64,000 bases of DNA from an uncultured Candidatus Saccharibacteria bacterium. Lineage in GTDB: Bacteria; Patescibacteriota; Minisyncoccia; Minisyncoccales; JANBVM01. The notes under the pieces are model-generated. The model did not search any database and was not told the origin of the DNA. It worked only from the letters and a program-made list of their open reading frames with translations. The stretch is taken from positions 8,282 to 72,281 of the forward strand of contig CAYSZX010000002.1 in NCBI GenBank assembly GCA_964435835.1, in the 5' to 3' direction. Below, one piece after another: positions 18,649 through 26,588 of the stretch. A program made the translations under genes and the position numbers. The first letter of the stretch is position 1, and every line of letters starts with the position of its first letter.

Positions 18649-19304
18649 TTTTTTATTTTTACAAAACGATATTTTTTAAACTGATCTTTAAAGAATTTAA
18701 AATTGTTGTAGGTTTGCTTCTTTAAGATCTTTTCTATTCGACCTTTTTGTTGTGGATCAAATTCTAGATATATTATTCCATTTTTTTTCAAAAAGTTAAA
18801 AGCTTCTTTTAAAAATTTCTTAATATGATCAAGGCCTTCCTTACCAGAGAAAAGAGCTATTCCAGGTTCGTATTTTAAAACGGACTTCCCTACTTCTTTT
18901 ATTCTTTTCTCAGCTACATAAGGAGGATTAGCAACTATTAAATCATATTTTTTGTTTAAGGATTGAAAAAAAGAAGATTTGTAAATCTTATATTTATCTT
19001 GCGGTATTTCATTAATTGTTAAATTCTTTTTAATTTGCTTTATAGCCTTAGAGCTGACATCTGTAAAATCTACTCTTTTACATAAATTGGCTGCATTTTT
19101 AAGAATAGCAATTCCAATACATCCAGAACCAGCGAAAATATCTAAAACCATTACTTTCTCCTTGTTTTTTTTAATTTCTTTAATAACTTTTTTAACCCAA
19201 TATTCTGTTTCAGGTCTTGGTATTAAAACTCTTTCTGATAAATCAATCTTACAATTTAAAAAAACAACACTTCCCTTTTTGTAAGCTTTAGGAATTTCTA
19301 TCAT
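18645..19304 (-). CDS. prmC: release-factor glutamine N5-methyltransferase (PrmC/HemK core, N-terminal domain absent)
   Basis: VLIPRPETE, SAM motif LDIFAGSGCIG, catalytic NPPY (VANPPYV), YEPGIALFSG. It is 219 aa, versus about 280 aa for typical PrmC. Confidence 0.8.
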   Translation of the reverse strand: MIEIPKAYKKGSVVFLNCKIDLSERVLIPRPETEYWVKKVIKEIKKNKEKVMVLDIFAGSGCIGIAILKNAANLCKRVDFTDVSSKAIKQIKKNLTINEIPQDKYKIYKSSFFQSLNKKYDLIVANPPYVAEKRIKEVGKSVLKYEPGIALFSGKEGLDHIKKFLKEAFNFLKKNGIIYLEFDPQQKGRIEKILKKQTYNNFKFFKDQFKKYRFVKIKK

Positions 19305-19650
19305 CTGATTCTTTTTTTATCTTTGCTAACTCAACGAGAGTATCATCAGGAATAATAGGTTGTTTGCCCTTAGGGCTAACTCCTGGATAACGCCAGGCAC
19401 TTATCATTTTAGTTACAATTTCATCTTCTGAAGATTGAACAGTCTGATACATTAGCCAAATTTCAGTGGGGTTCTTTTTAGTTCCTGTTTTTTGCATTAC
19501 AGCAATTGTTTTTGGAGCAATACCAAACTCTTTCCTGTCAGGACTTTTAAAAACTCTTCGAATTCGTTGCTTAGACAAACCATATTGTCTCATTTTATTC
19601 TCAATGTGTTTTGTCCAATGAAATCTTTTATGACTTAAAGAAACCTTCAT
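19288..19650 (-). CDS. hypothetical protein (possibly DUF4258-like)
   Basis: 120 aa. TKHIENKMRQYGLSKQRIRRVF loosely resembles the H..ER..ERGIS core of DUF4258. It overlaps both neighbours. Confidence 0.35.
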   Translation of the reverse strand: MKVSLSHKRFHWTKHIENKMRQYGLSKQRIRRVFKSPDRKEFGIAPKTIAVMQKTGTKKNPTEIWLMYQTVQSSEDEIVTKMISAWRYPGVSPKGKQPIIPDDTLVELAKIKKESDDRNS

Positions 19651-20477
19651 TGCAATAAAATATTAGCCTCCTCTACTAATTTGTTGGCTTTTTGTTTTGA
19701 AATACTTGTTTTTTTAGCAATTTGTTTCGGAGATGTTGATAAAAGATCTTTTACGAGAATTATGTTTTCTGCAGCGAAAACATTTTTAAAGCTTTTTTTA
19801 AAAGAAGGAAGAATGGTTATCGGATAAAGATCAGAATCTTCAATTAATTTTTCTAATCCGCCACTTTTTGGATGTCGCCAGCCTAGAAGTTCAACATTAT
19901 TACATTCACAATAATCTACAGCTTTTTTTGTAAATTTGGCATTAGTTACTAAAATAGAATTTGTATGTTCTTTCTTGAAAAGAGGATGTTTACAAATATC
20001 TAAGAATCGAGCATGGTTATAAAGAGCAACTTTTAAATCAACCTTTTCTCCTCGGTTTGCATGATATTTACACTCGCCAATTTTTTTATTATTCCCTTGA
20101 GTACTTACAAAGTCTACTTCATAAGAGGAAATACAAAAACCACGAATGTGCTCGTTTATTTTAACGGTGAAACCGCTGTCTGAAAGAACTGCAACAATGA
20201 ATTTTTCAAAATCAAAACCAGTTGGGCCTAATTTTCTCATTGCTTCTTTTAAAGAAAATTTAATTGCTGATTTCTTTGATTTTTTGCTAAGTAAGTTCTT
20301 AACTATTTTTCCTATTTCTGAGGTCTTAGTGCCTTGATGTACTCTTCTTTTAACTTCTTCTGTTACCTCATTAGCTATTTTTTCAGAAGCTCCACTTCTA
20401 ATACAAGCTTTATATACTTTTTCTGCTGAAAAATCTTCGTTTTCTTTTTCGGAGTTTATTACTTTAAGTTTTTTCAT
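19647..20477 (-). CDS. ATP-cone domain fused to a restriction-endonuclease-like (Mrr/PD-(D/E)xK) domain and a C-terminal HhH
   Basis: Residues 1-85 fit the ATP-cone pattern (DFSAEKVYKACIRSGAS...TSEIGKIVKNLL...AIKF). The middle has FEKFIVAVL..GF...YEVDFV...IGECKYH, a D...ExK nuclease motif. The tail LLSTSPKQIAKKTSISKQKANKLVEEA is HhH-like. Confidence 0.6.
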   Translation of the reverse strand: MKKLKVINSEKENEDFSAEKVYKACIRSGASEKIANEVTEEVKRRVHQGTKTSEIGKIVKNLLSKKSKKSAIKFSLKEAMRKLGPTGFDFEKFIVAVLSDSGFTVKINEHIRGFCISSYEVDFVSTQGNNKKIGECKYHANRGEKVDLKVALYNHARFLDICKHPLFKKEHTNSILVTNAKFTKKAVDYCECNNVELLGWRHPKSGGLEKLIEDSDLYPITILPSFKKSFKNVFAAENIILVKDLLSTSPKQIAKKTSISKQKANKLVEEANILLQ

Positions 20478-20478
20478 T

Positions 20479-20991
20479 TTAATTCGAAAATTGAAAATAA
20501 AAAGGAGAACCGTTCCAACCTTTTGTGGTTGTTTCTAAAATCCCCGTCCCTCCTCCTGGGAGTGGTTTTACTAAAGATAAGTTTTTTTGATTAAGCGAAC
20601 TTTCAAGATTTGCATATAAAACACATTTTTTTCCATCTCTACTTATTTTATAAATATACATCGAAGCATATTCATCACCTGTCTTTGGGTCTTTTATTTT
20701 TTTAAAAGAAGCTTCCTCGGCAATTTTATTTTTTTTAATCATTTCTTTAATTACTATAAATAAATCATATTCTCTATTATCACTGGTTTTATCTGGGACA
20801 AAGCAAGGATTAATTAAAATTTTACCAGCTTGCGATACATGATTTTTTCTTACAGAATCTCTAATTAATTCTTGGGTTTTTCCCGCAAAGAAAAACAAGA
20901 AAATTATTATAAATTCAATTAGTAAAGCAATAACTAAAAGTTCAATAAAATCGGCCCCTTTTGCTTTAACCCAAATATTATTTGTTGGCAT
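20479..20991 (-). CDS. type IV pilin-like (prepilin-type N-terminus) protein
   Basis: From ATG 20991 the sequence reads MPTNNIWVKAKG|ADFIELLVIALLIEF, that is G at -1, E at +5 and a hydrophobic helix. The ORF-track start at 21066 would overlap the upstream gene by 89 nt. Confidence 0.45.
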   Translation of the reverse strand: MPTNNIWVKAKGADFIELLVIALLIEFIIIFLFFFAGKTQELIRDSVRKNHVSQAGKILINPCFVPDKTSDNREYDLFIVIKEMIKKNKIAEEASFKKIKDPKTGDEYASMYIYKISRDGKKCVLYANLESSLNQKNLSLVKPLPGGGTGILETTTKGWNGSPFYFQFSN

Positions 20992-21739
20992 ACTTAGATC
21001 GATTAGGATAATTTCTAACTTTAGAAAGCCATTTTCTATTTGAAAACTCCCAAAGTTTTTTAGCATTTAAAAAAGCTTTCTTGTAATAAGTAGGTTTTTT
21101 TACCTCTTTTATTTCGCAAACTCCTTTTATATCTGTCCATTCATGTTCACACTTCTTCTTTCCGCCTTTAATTTTAGCTTCTTTCCCTTTTTTTCTCTTT
21201 CTTGCTCCACACAATTTACATTCCTGATATTGGTCAATTCTTAACACCCATTGCGTTTCTGCTTTTTTCTTTCCTTTTTCATTGTAAGCTTCAAAATAAG
21301 CAGCAGTTTGCATAAAATGGTCATCCCAAATGCTTTTACTTGTTTTAATATCTAAAACACCAAATTTATTATCTATTTTAGCTAAAACATCCAAAGTTCC
21401 ACTATAATAATGTTTTTTACTTATAACTCTTTGTTCTATTCCTTCCACATCAATTTTATGATTTTTCATCCATTCTAAAAAGGCATCTATCGAAGGACAG
21501 ATCTTTGAATCTATCTTGGGCATTCGGCCTAATAGGATACTTTCTACAGTTTCATGGATTAAATCCCCCCATTCAGTTAACTCCTTTCTTCTCTTTTTCA
21601 TAGCGTAAACACTACCTTGACTAGCAAACCAATTTTCTAGTCCTGGCTTAGAAACAATATTACAAATAGAGGTAACACGAGGATACCAAAAACCGTTGAC
21701 CCTGTGGCCATAATGTTTTTTTAAATATTTAGCTTGCAT
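20978..21739 (-). CDS. PD-(D/E)XK-superfamily nuclease (RecB/Cas4-like fold) with an inserted Cys-rich ribbon
   Basis: GDLIHETVE, YSGTLDVLAK...GVLDIKTSK (D...D-x-K), QTAAYFEAY, and CKLCGARK...CEHEW. Confidence 0.55.
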   Translation of the reverse strand: MQAKYLKKHYGHRVNGFWYPRVTSICNIVSKPGLENWFASQGSVYAMKKRRKELTEWGDLIHETVESILLGRMPKIDSKICPSIDAFLEWMKNHKIDVEGIEQRVISKKHYYSGTLDVLAKIDNKFGVLDIKTSKSIWDDHFMQTAAYFEAYNEKGKKKAETQWVLRIDQYQECKLCGARKRKKGKEAKIKGGKKKCEHEWTDIKGVCEIKEVKKPTYYKKAFLNAKKLWEFSNRKWLSKVRNYPNRSKYANK

Positions 21740-22094
21740 CTGCTATTTTTTGGTTGTCTTTAAGTTTAATTGTGAAGATTGGAACAAGAACAACTAAAAC
21801 GTAATTGATCCAAGTATCAAATTGAGAAAAACTCTCCCAGCCTAAATAACAAGCAGCTACTGCAGCATCTAACAACATCATTACTATTGCCCAGGCAAAA
21901 CCATATTTTATTGCTCCACTTACCGAATCAAGATCTAAATTTTCAGTTAAAAGATAAGTAATGATTATTGCGACCATGAAAACAATTTGCATTATTAAGG
22001 TTGATGATATTTTAAGAGTATTAAGGACAGAATCAGTAATAAAGATTACGTCCCAGATTAATACTCCAAACCCTAAAAATTTAAGTAAATTCAT
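21729..22094 (-). CDS. small integral membrane protein, hypothetical
   Basis: 121 aa with four predicted TM helices and an 11-nt overlap with the downstream nuclease gene. Confidence 0.45.
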   Translation of the reverse strand: MNLLKFLGFGVLIWDVIFITDSVLNTLKISSTLIMQIVFMVAIIITYLLTENLDLDSVSGAIKYGFAWAIVMMLLDAAVAACYLGWESFSQFDTWINYVLVVLVPIFTIKLKDNQKIADAS

Positions 22095-22125
22095 ATTTAA
22101 TGATTATTTTAACAAATTCGACTTT

Positions 22126-23121
22126 TTAATTTTTTCCTACCAGTTGTCCACAAGCGGCAGAAATTTTACTTCCTAAACGGTATCTCTGAGTGACAGTTAC
22201 TTCTTCTTGTTCTAAAATATCTTTGAATTTTTCAATTCTTTTTTTGGAAGAAGCTTCAAATTTCGTTTCGGTAGAATTATAAGGAATTAAATTAACAAAA
22301 CAAAGACGATTTTTAACAATCTTTAATAATTGGTGAGCATGTTTGTCTTGATCATTAACTCCTTTTATCATTATATATTCAAACATTACTCTTCGTCGAG
22401 TCTTCTTTATATATTTATCTATTATTTTCAGCAGTTTATCAAGTGGATATTTCTTATTTATAGGCATTAATTTAGATCTTAATTTATTATTTGGAGCATT
22501 TAAAGAAATAGCCAAGTTAATTTGTTTATCTTCCTTCATTAGTTTTTTTATTCCTTCTGTTATTCCGGCCGTAGAAATAGAAAAAGACCTAATACCTAAA
22601 TTAAAACCATCTTTATTATTTAAAATATCTATCGCCCTCATAACGTTATCATAATTTAAAAATGGCTCCCCCATTCCCATAAAAACAATATTAGTTACTT
22701 TTTCATTTTCTTTTTTTAGATAGCGGGCAAAGAATAAAACTTGTTCTACTATTTCAGAAAAAGTTAGGTCTCTTTTAAAACCTAATTGACCTGTTGCACA
22801 AAAAGAACAATTTAAAGAACAACCAACTTGAGAAGAAACACAAATAGTATTTCTTTCATTGTATCGCATTAATACAGTTTCTATTTTTAAGTCATCTTCT
22901 AAAGTAATAAGAGCTTTTACAGCATTTTCATTTTTGGAAACTTTAGTTTTTACCTTTATTGAAAGGGGAAATTTTTTACTTAATTCTTTTCTTAATTCTA
23001 AAGGTAAAGTAGTAGCTTTTTCCCAGCTTTCAATTAAGTCTTGAAAGATCCACTTTTTAACCTGTTTTATTCTGTAATCTGGTTTATCTTCAAGAAACTT
23101 TTTTATTTTTTCAATATTCAT
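22126..23121 (-). CDS. rlmN: 23S rRNA/tRNA A2503/A37 C2-methyltransferase (radical SAM)
   Basis: CSLNCSFCATG cluster, GMGEPFLNYD, and C-terminal AACGQL. Confidence 0.9.
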   Translation of the reverse strand: MNIEKIKKFLEDKPDYRIKQVKKWIFQDLIESWEKATTLPLELRKELSKKFPLSIKVKTKVSKNENAVKALITLEDDLKIETVLMRYNERNTICVSSQVGCSLNCSFCATGQLGFKRDLTFSEIVEQVLFFARYLKKENEKVTNIVFMGMGEPFLNYDNVMRAIDILNNKDGFNLGIRSFSISTAGITEGIKKLMKEDKQINLAISLNAPNNKLRSKLMPINKKYPLDKLLKIIDKYIKKTRRRVMFEYIMIKGVNDQDKHAHQLLKIVKNRLCFVNLIPYNSTETKFEASSKKRIEKFKDILEQEEVTVTQRYRLGSKISAACGQLVGKN

Positions 23122-23156
23122 TTTTCTATTATTTCAAAAATCTTATTTCTTCTTTT
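23098..23156. repeat. 59-bp direct repeat, copy A (native DUF167 3' end plus rlmN start)
   Basis: 58/59 identical to 28086-28144 at an offset of 4988 bp. The single mismatch is 23125 t versus 28113 c. Confidence 0.95.
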
Positions 23157-23342
23157 GAAACCTCTTTTAATTCTGACTTTTGAATTAGAAACATTAAAAT
23201 AATTACTTAATATCTTTTTAACTTCCTCATTAGCTTTTCCCTGGATTGGTTTACTTTTAATTTTAACGATAAGTTCGTTCTCCGATTTCTTAATTATTTT
23301 TCTCTTATTTGAATCAGGCTTAACCTTAACTTTAATTAACAT
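23118..23342 (-). CDS. DUF167 (YggU-like) family protein
   Basis: 74 aa with VKVKP...GKANEEVKKILSNYF.V..S.V.I..G...R.K, the family pattern. There is a 4-nt overlap with rlmN. Confidence 0.8.
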   Translation of the reverse strand: MLIKVKVKPDSNKRKIIKKSENELIVKIKSKPIQGKANEEVKKILSNYFNVSNSKVRIKRGFKRRNKIFEIIEK

Positions 23343-23381
23343 TTTTTATGAAAATTATTACTCATGATTAAATTATTTTAA

Positions 23382-23777
23382 ATTAAAATAGGGCTTTTTA
23401 CAAATTTAAGAACCTCCTGTTTTACTAACCGCTACAATGGAACTTATCGAAGAGAAGATTTATCTCCAAAGAAGCTTCATGCTTTTGATTTATGTTGTGC
23501 TCAAAATGAAATTATCCATTACCTGATTGATCCTGGAAAACCAGCTCAAAATGGAACTGTTGAAAGATCTCACCGGGAAGACCAAGAGAAATTTTATGAG
23601 AAAAATCGTTTTAAAAATTTAAAAAGTTTGGAAATAAAGTTAAGATTATGGAACAAGGAATACAATAATTTAGAGCATTGTGGTCTTAATGGAAAAACAC
23701 CTCTTGAATTTCTTGAGAATTATGAGAAAAAGAAAGAGAAAATTAAATTAAAAAAACCGACAAATGTCCTTGCCTAA
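23382..23777 (+). pseudogene. C-terminal fragment of a DDE (rve/integrase-core, IS481/IS3-like) transposase
   Basis: The frame is open from 23382 with no start codon: ...FTNRYNGTYRRE...IIHYLIDPGKPAQNGTVERSHREDQEKFY...LRLWNKEYNNLEHCGLNGKTPLEFL*. This retains the NG.VER catalytic-E block and the YN..RPH..L.G.TP tail, but the N-terminal HTH and the first two D residues are missing. Confidence 0.7.
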
Positions 23778-24003
23778 AACAAATGACTTTAATGATGATT
23801 GTAAGACCTATGATTTTTCTCATTTTGGAAGGGAAAATTATGAACAAGTTTTTAATCGTTATCTGAAGGTTTGGGAAGATTGTTACCGTAAGGATCTATT
23901 ATTGATAGGGCATGGTAAAGGATTAGGTTCTCTTTTAGCAGAACTTCAAGAAGGAGCTAGACTTAAAAGAGGCGAATATCGATTTTTATATTATCCGAAA
24001 TAG
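23764..24003 (+). CDS. small ORF, possibly a remnant (histidine-phosphatase-like C-terminal fragment?)
   Basis: 79 aa. DLLLIGHGKGLGSLLAEL loosely resembles the second-His region (V.HG..irall) of PGAM/SixA-type phosphatases. It overlaps the transposase remnant's end. Confidence 0.25.
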   Translation: MSLPKTNDFNDDCKTYDFSHFGRENYEQVFNRYLKVWEDCYRKDLLLIGHGKGLGSLLAELQEGARLKRGEYRFLYYPK

Positions 24004-24064
24004 AAAAACCTTAGGATTATCTTGGAATTTTAAGTTATTTGGTGTAAATTTATTAAAGGTACTT

Positions 24065-24119
24065 GTCCCATTTGTCCCATTTAGCTTTAAAATAACCCTC
24101 GACCCATTAGCTTTAAAAA
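24065..24119. repeat. short direct-repeat cluster in non-coding DNA
   Basis: GTCCCATTT x2 (24065-24082); CCCATTTAGCTTTAAAA (24076-24092) recurs as CCCATTAGCTTTAAAAA (24103-24119). Confidence 0.8.
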
Positions 24120-24148
24120 GGGGAAAAATTTAATTAATTTTTCCCCTT
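24118..24148. other. perfect 13-bp hairpin (possible terminator for the minus-strand DUF218 gene)
   Basis: AAGGGGAAAAATT-TAATT-AATTTTTCCCCTT. On the minus strand it is followed by TTTT; on the plus strand no U-run follows. Confidence 0.4.
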
Positions 24149-24256
24149 AAAATTCCTCTTTTTTGAATTCTGGACCGAACTGCCCTCACATTTATTATGG
24201 TTAACTTTATTAAAAGAATTAAAAGGATATTTCGAGATTAATCTTGATAAATTTAG

Positions 24257-24844
24257 TTAAATAGATTTAGAAGGATCAACTTTTTCCTTTTTAATTTCTT
24301 TAATATCTCCTTTTTTAAGATATTTTTTAATCTTATTGTATTCACTTAATACTTTTTCTTTACCTAATTCCTTTTTAAACCAATTATTTTTATCAAAGTT
24401 ATAAATTTTATATGTGACAAGGAATGTCTTTATTGACTTCGGAAAATGTTTTTTAACAGTCATAAGAGCTCTTCGTGAATGGTAATGTTTTACAAAAATC
24501 ATTATTTTTTTAATTTGCTCGAAGCCTATTTTATTCTCTATTGTTCTTTTTGAAAATAAAACATTTTCTAAAGTATTCGTTGCCCTTTCTTCTAAATAGA
24601 TATCCTTGTTTTTTATACCTAACTTAATTAAATATTTTTTAATCCTTTTTGCTTCATTTTTTTCTGTAACACGATTAGTTCCTCCAGTTACTAATATTTT
24701 AGGCACTAATTTTTCTTTGTATAGTCTATAGACCTTATCAAAGATTTTTAGGTGTCGTGTTCCAAAAATAATTAGTAAATCAACTTTTTGTGGATTTGAT
24801 TTTAAAAAAATATAATCTGTGATTTCTCTGATATCTTCTTTCAT
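24257..24844 (-). CDS. DUF218 (YdcF/ElyC/SanA-like) domain protein
   Basis: LLIIFGT...ILVTGG...EAKRIKKYLIKLGI...IYLEERATNTLENV fits the DUF218 core pattern (GG...sEA...l...Gv....i..E..s.nT.eN). Confidence 0.7.
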   Translation of the reverse strand: MKEDIREITDYIFLKSNPQKVDLLIIFGTRHLKIFDKVYRLYKEKLVPKILVTGGTNRVTEKNEAKRIKKYLIKLGIKNKDIYLEERATNTLENVLFSKRTIENKIGFEQIKKIMIFVKHYHSRRALMTVKKHFPKSIKTFLVTYKIYNFDKNNWFKKELGKEKVLSEYNKIKKYLKKGDIKEIKKEKVDPSKSI

Positions 24845-24870
24845 ATAAGTAGTTTTTAATAGTATAGCAT

Positions 24871-24902
24871 AAAAAAAATGGCATAATTTTTAAATTTATG
24901 CC
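24871..24902 (-). terminator. intrinsic terminator after the radical SAM gene
   Basis: On the minus strand GGCAUAA-9 nt-UUAUGCC is followed by A and then U8. It lies 19 nt downstream of the stop at 24921. Confidence 0.7.
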
Positions 24903-24920
24903 TTTTTATTAAGTTTTTTA

Positions 24921-26588
24921 TTAATCTTCTTTCCATCTATACTTTTCAGGAAAAGTTTGATATTTCTTTATTGTCAGAATAAGATAAATTTCTTTAGTCA
25001 GTTTATCTACTGATGTAAAATCGGATGCGGAAAATGATTTACTTTGTGGAAGATGATCTTGTATAAGGTTTTTCAATTTGCCTAGTTTACTTTTTATTTC
25101 AGTAATTTTATTTGATATGTCTTGACGATTGAATTCGTTGCTCTTCTCCCATCTGATTAAAGATTTTAGCAAATCAACCTCTATATCAAATATTAATTGG
25201 TCTAGAGAGTAAAACACTCGTCGTTTATTGAAAGAAGTTGCTTTTTTAAGTTTCCAAATTTCTGCCTGAAATAATTTCTTAAATGTATCTATCCATTCTG
25301 CATACACTGTTTTTAGAGCCATGTAAATTCGAGTAATGTTAGGTGTTACAAAATATTCATGGTAGGCTTCAAATGGATTTTTTGCGACTAATTTATGTTC
25401 ATCTTCAAGAATTTGTTGGAGAGGAATACCATCAAAGATTCTCAGTGTTTTAGATAGAGTTGGAGTAAAACTGTATTTTTCTAGAAAAGCAATATCTTGC
25501 TCTAAACTTTCTATTGTTGTATAGGGATTGAAAATCAAAAACCCTATCACTAAATCAATGTTATTTTCCTGTAGAATATTAATAGTGTAACAGATTCTTT
25601 TCAGTGTCTCCCCCTTCCGTAAAAGTTGGAGAATTTTGGGGTTAGCGCTTTCAACTCCTATAAGAATTCTTTCGAAGCCTGCTTTTTTCATCAGTGTTGC
25701 TACCTGTGAATTAATGTCGTTTGCTCTACAAAAGGCCATAAGATGTATATCGTCAAGTTGATGATGGATTATCTCTTTACATAAATTTATAACATGTTCT
25801 TGGCCTTTTTTGCCTGGTCCGAAAATATTTGCATCATTGAACTTAAAGACTTTAACTTTGTAGCTGTTTCTTAAATATTTTATTTCATCTACTACGTTTG
25901 TCGGATCTCTAGCACGCCATTTAGGTCCAATTGACATTTTTTCAAAAGAAGCGTTAGTACAAAAGGTACAATTTCCATAACATCCTCTGCTACTTAAAAT
26001 GGTAGCGTAGTTAGTTTTTTCTAAGCATATAGGTAGAAAATCTCGCACTGGCCATGGTAATAGGTCGAGGTCTGGTTTTGTAGTGGGTGGGTTAAAAATA
26101 ATATCTCCCTTTTTCTTAAAAGCAATACCTTTTATGTCTTGCCAATTAGAAAATGAAATGACCGCTTTTACAAGATTATTAAAAGTGATTTCACCTTCGC
26201 CCATTACAATAGAGTTCATTCTTGGTAGTCTTTCAAGGATGGTAGAAGCGCTTAAAGTCGCAGTAATTCCTCCTCCACAAATATGTGCATTCACTTCCTG
26301 TTTTTCTAGCATTTCTATTAAAAGCTTAGTCGATGGTAAAGCCCTTTGAAGAATAGAAAGACCAATAACAGAAGGAGAATAGGAAAGAATTTTACTTAAG
26401 GCTTCTTTTATGGTTAGACACAACAAACCTGCATCGATTATTTTTACTGAAAAACCATTTTGTCTTAATACTGCAGCTATATACATTAAACCCATTGGTT
26501 CCTTAGGATTATAGTCTGGAATTCGACCAGATTGATACATCGGAGGTATTATTAGTAATACATCTACTTTTTTAGTCATTAATCTCAC
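24921..26588 (-). CDS. B12-binding-domain radical SAM protein (class-B-like)
   Basis: N-terminal Rossmann-like B12-binding region (VDVLLIIPP...GLMYIAAVLRQNGFSVKIID...VIGLS), radical SAM cluster SSRGCYGNCTFC, and a ~170-aa helical C-terminal extension. The likely start is ATG 26579, giving an 8-nt overlap with the upstream stop. Confidence 0.85.
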   Translation of the reverse strand: MRLMTKKVDVLLIIPPMYQSGRIPDYNPKEPMGLMYIAAVLRQNGFSVKIIDAGLLCLTIKEALSKILSYSPSVIGLSILQRALPSTKLLIEMLEKQEVNAHICGGGITATLSASTILERLPRMNSIVMGEGEITFNNLVKAVISFSNWQDIKGIAFKKKGDIIFNPPTTKPDLDLLPWPVRDFLPICLEKTNYATILSSRGCYGNCTFCTNASFEKMSIGPKWRARDPTNVVDEIKYLRNSYKVKVFKFNDANIFGPGKKGQEHVINLCKEIIHHQLDDIHLMAFCRANDINSQVATLMKKAGFERILIGVESANPKILQLLRKGETLKRICYTINILQENNIDLVIGFLIFNPYTTIESLEQDIAFLEKYSFTPTLSKTLRIFDGIPLQQILEDEHKLVAKNPFEAYHEYFVTPNITRIYMALKTVYAEWIDTFKKLFQAEIWKLKKATSFNKRRVFYSLDQLIFDIEVDLLKSLIRWEKSNEFNRQDISNKITEIKSKLGKLKNLIQDHLPQSKSFSASDFTSVDKLTKEIYLILTIKKYQTFPEKYRWKED

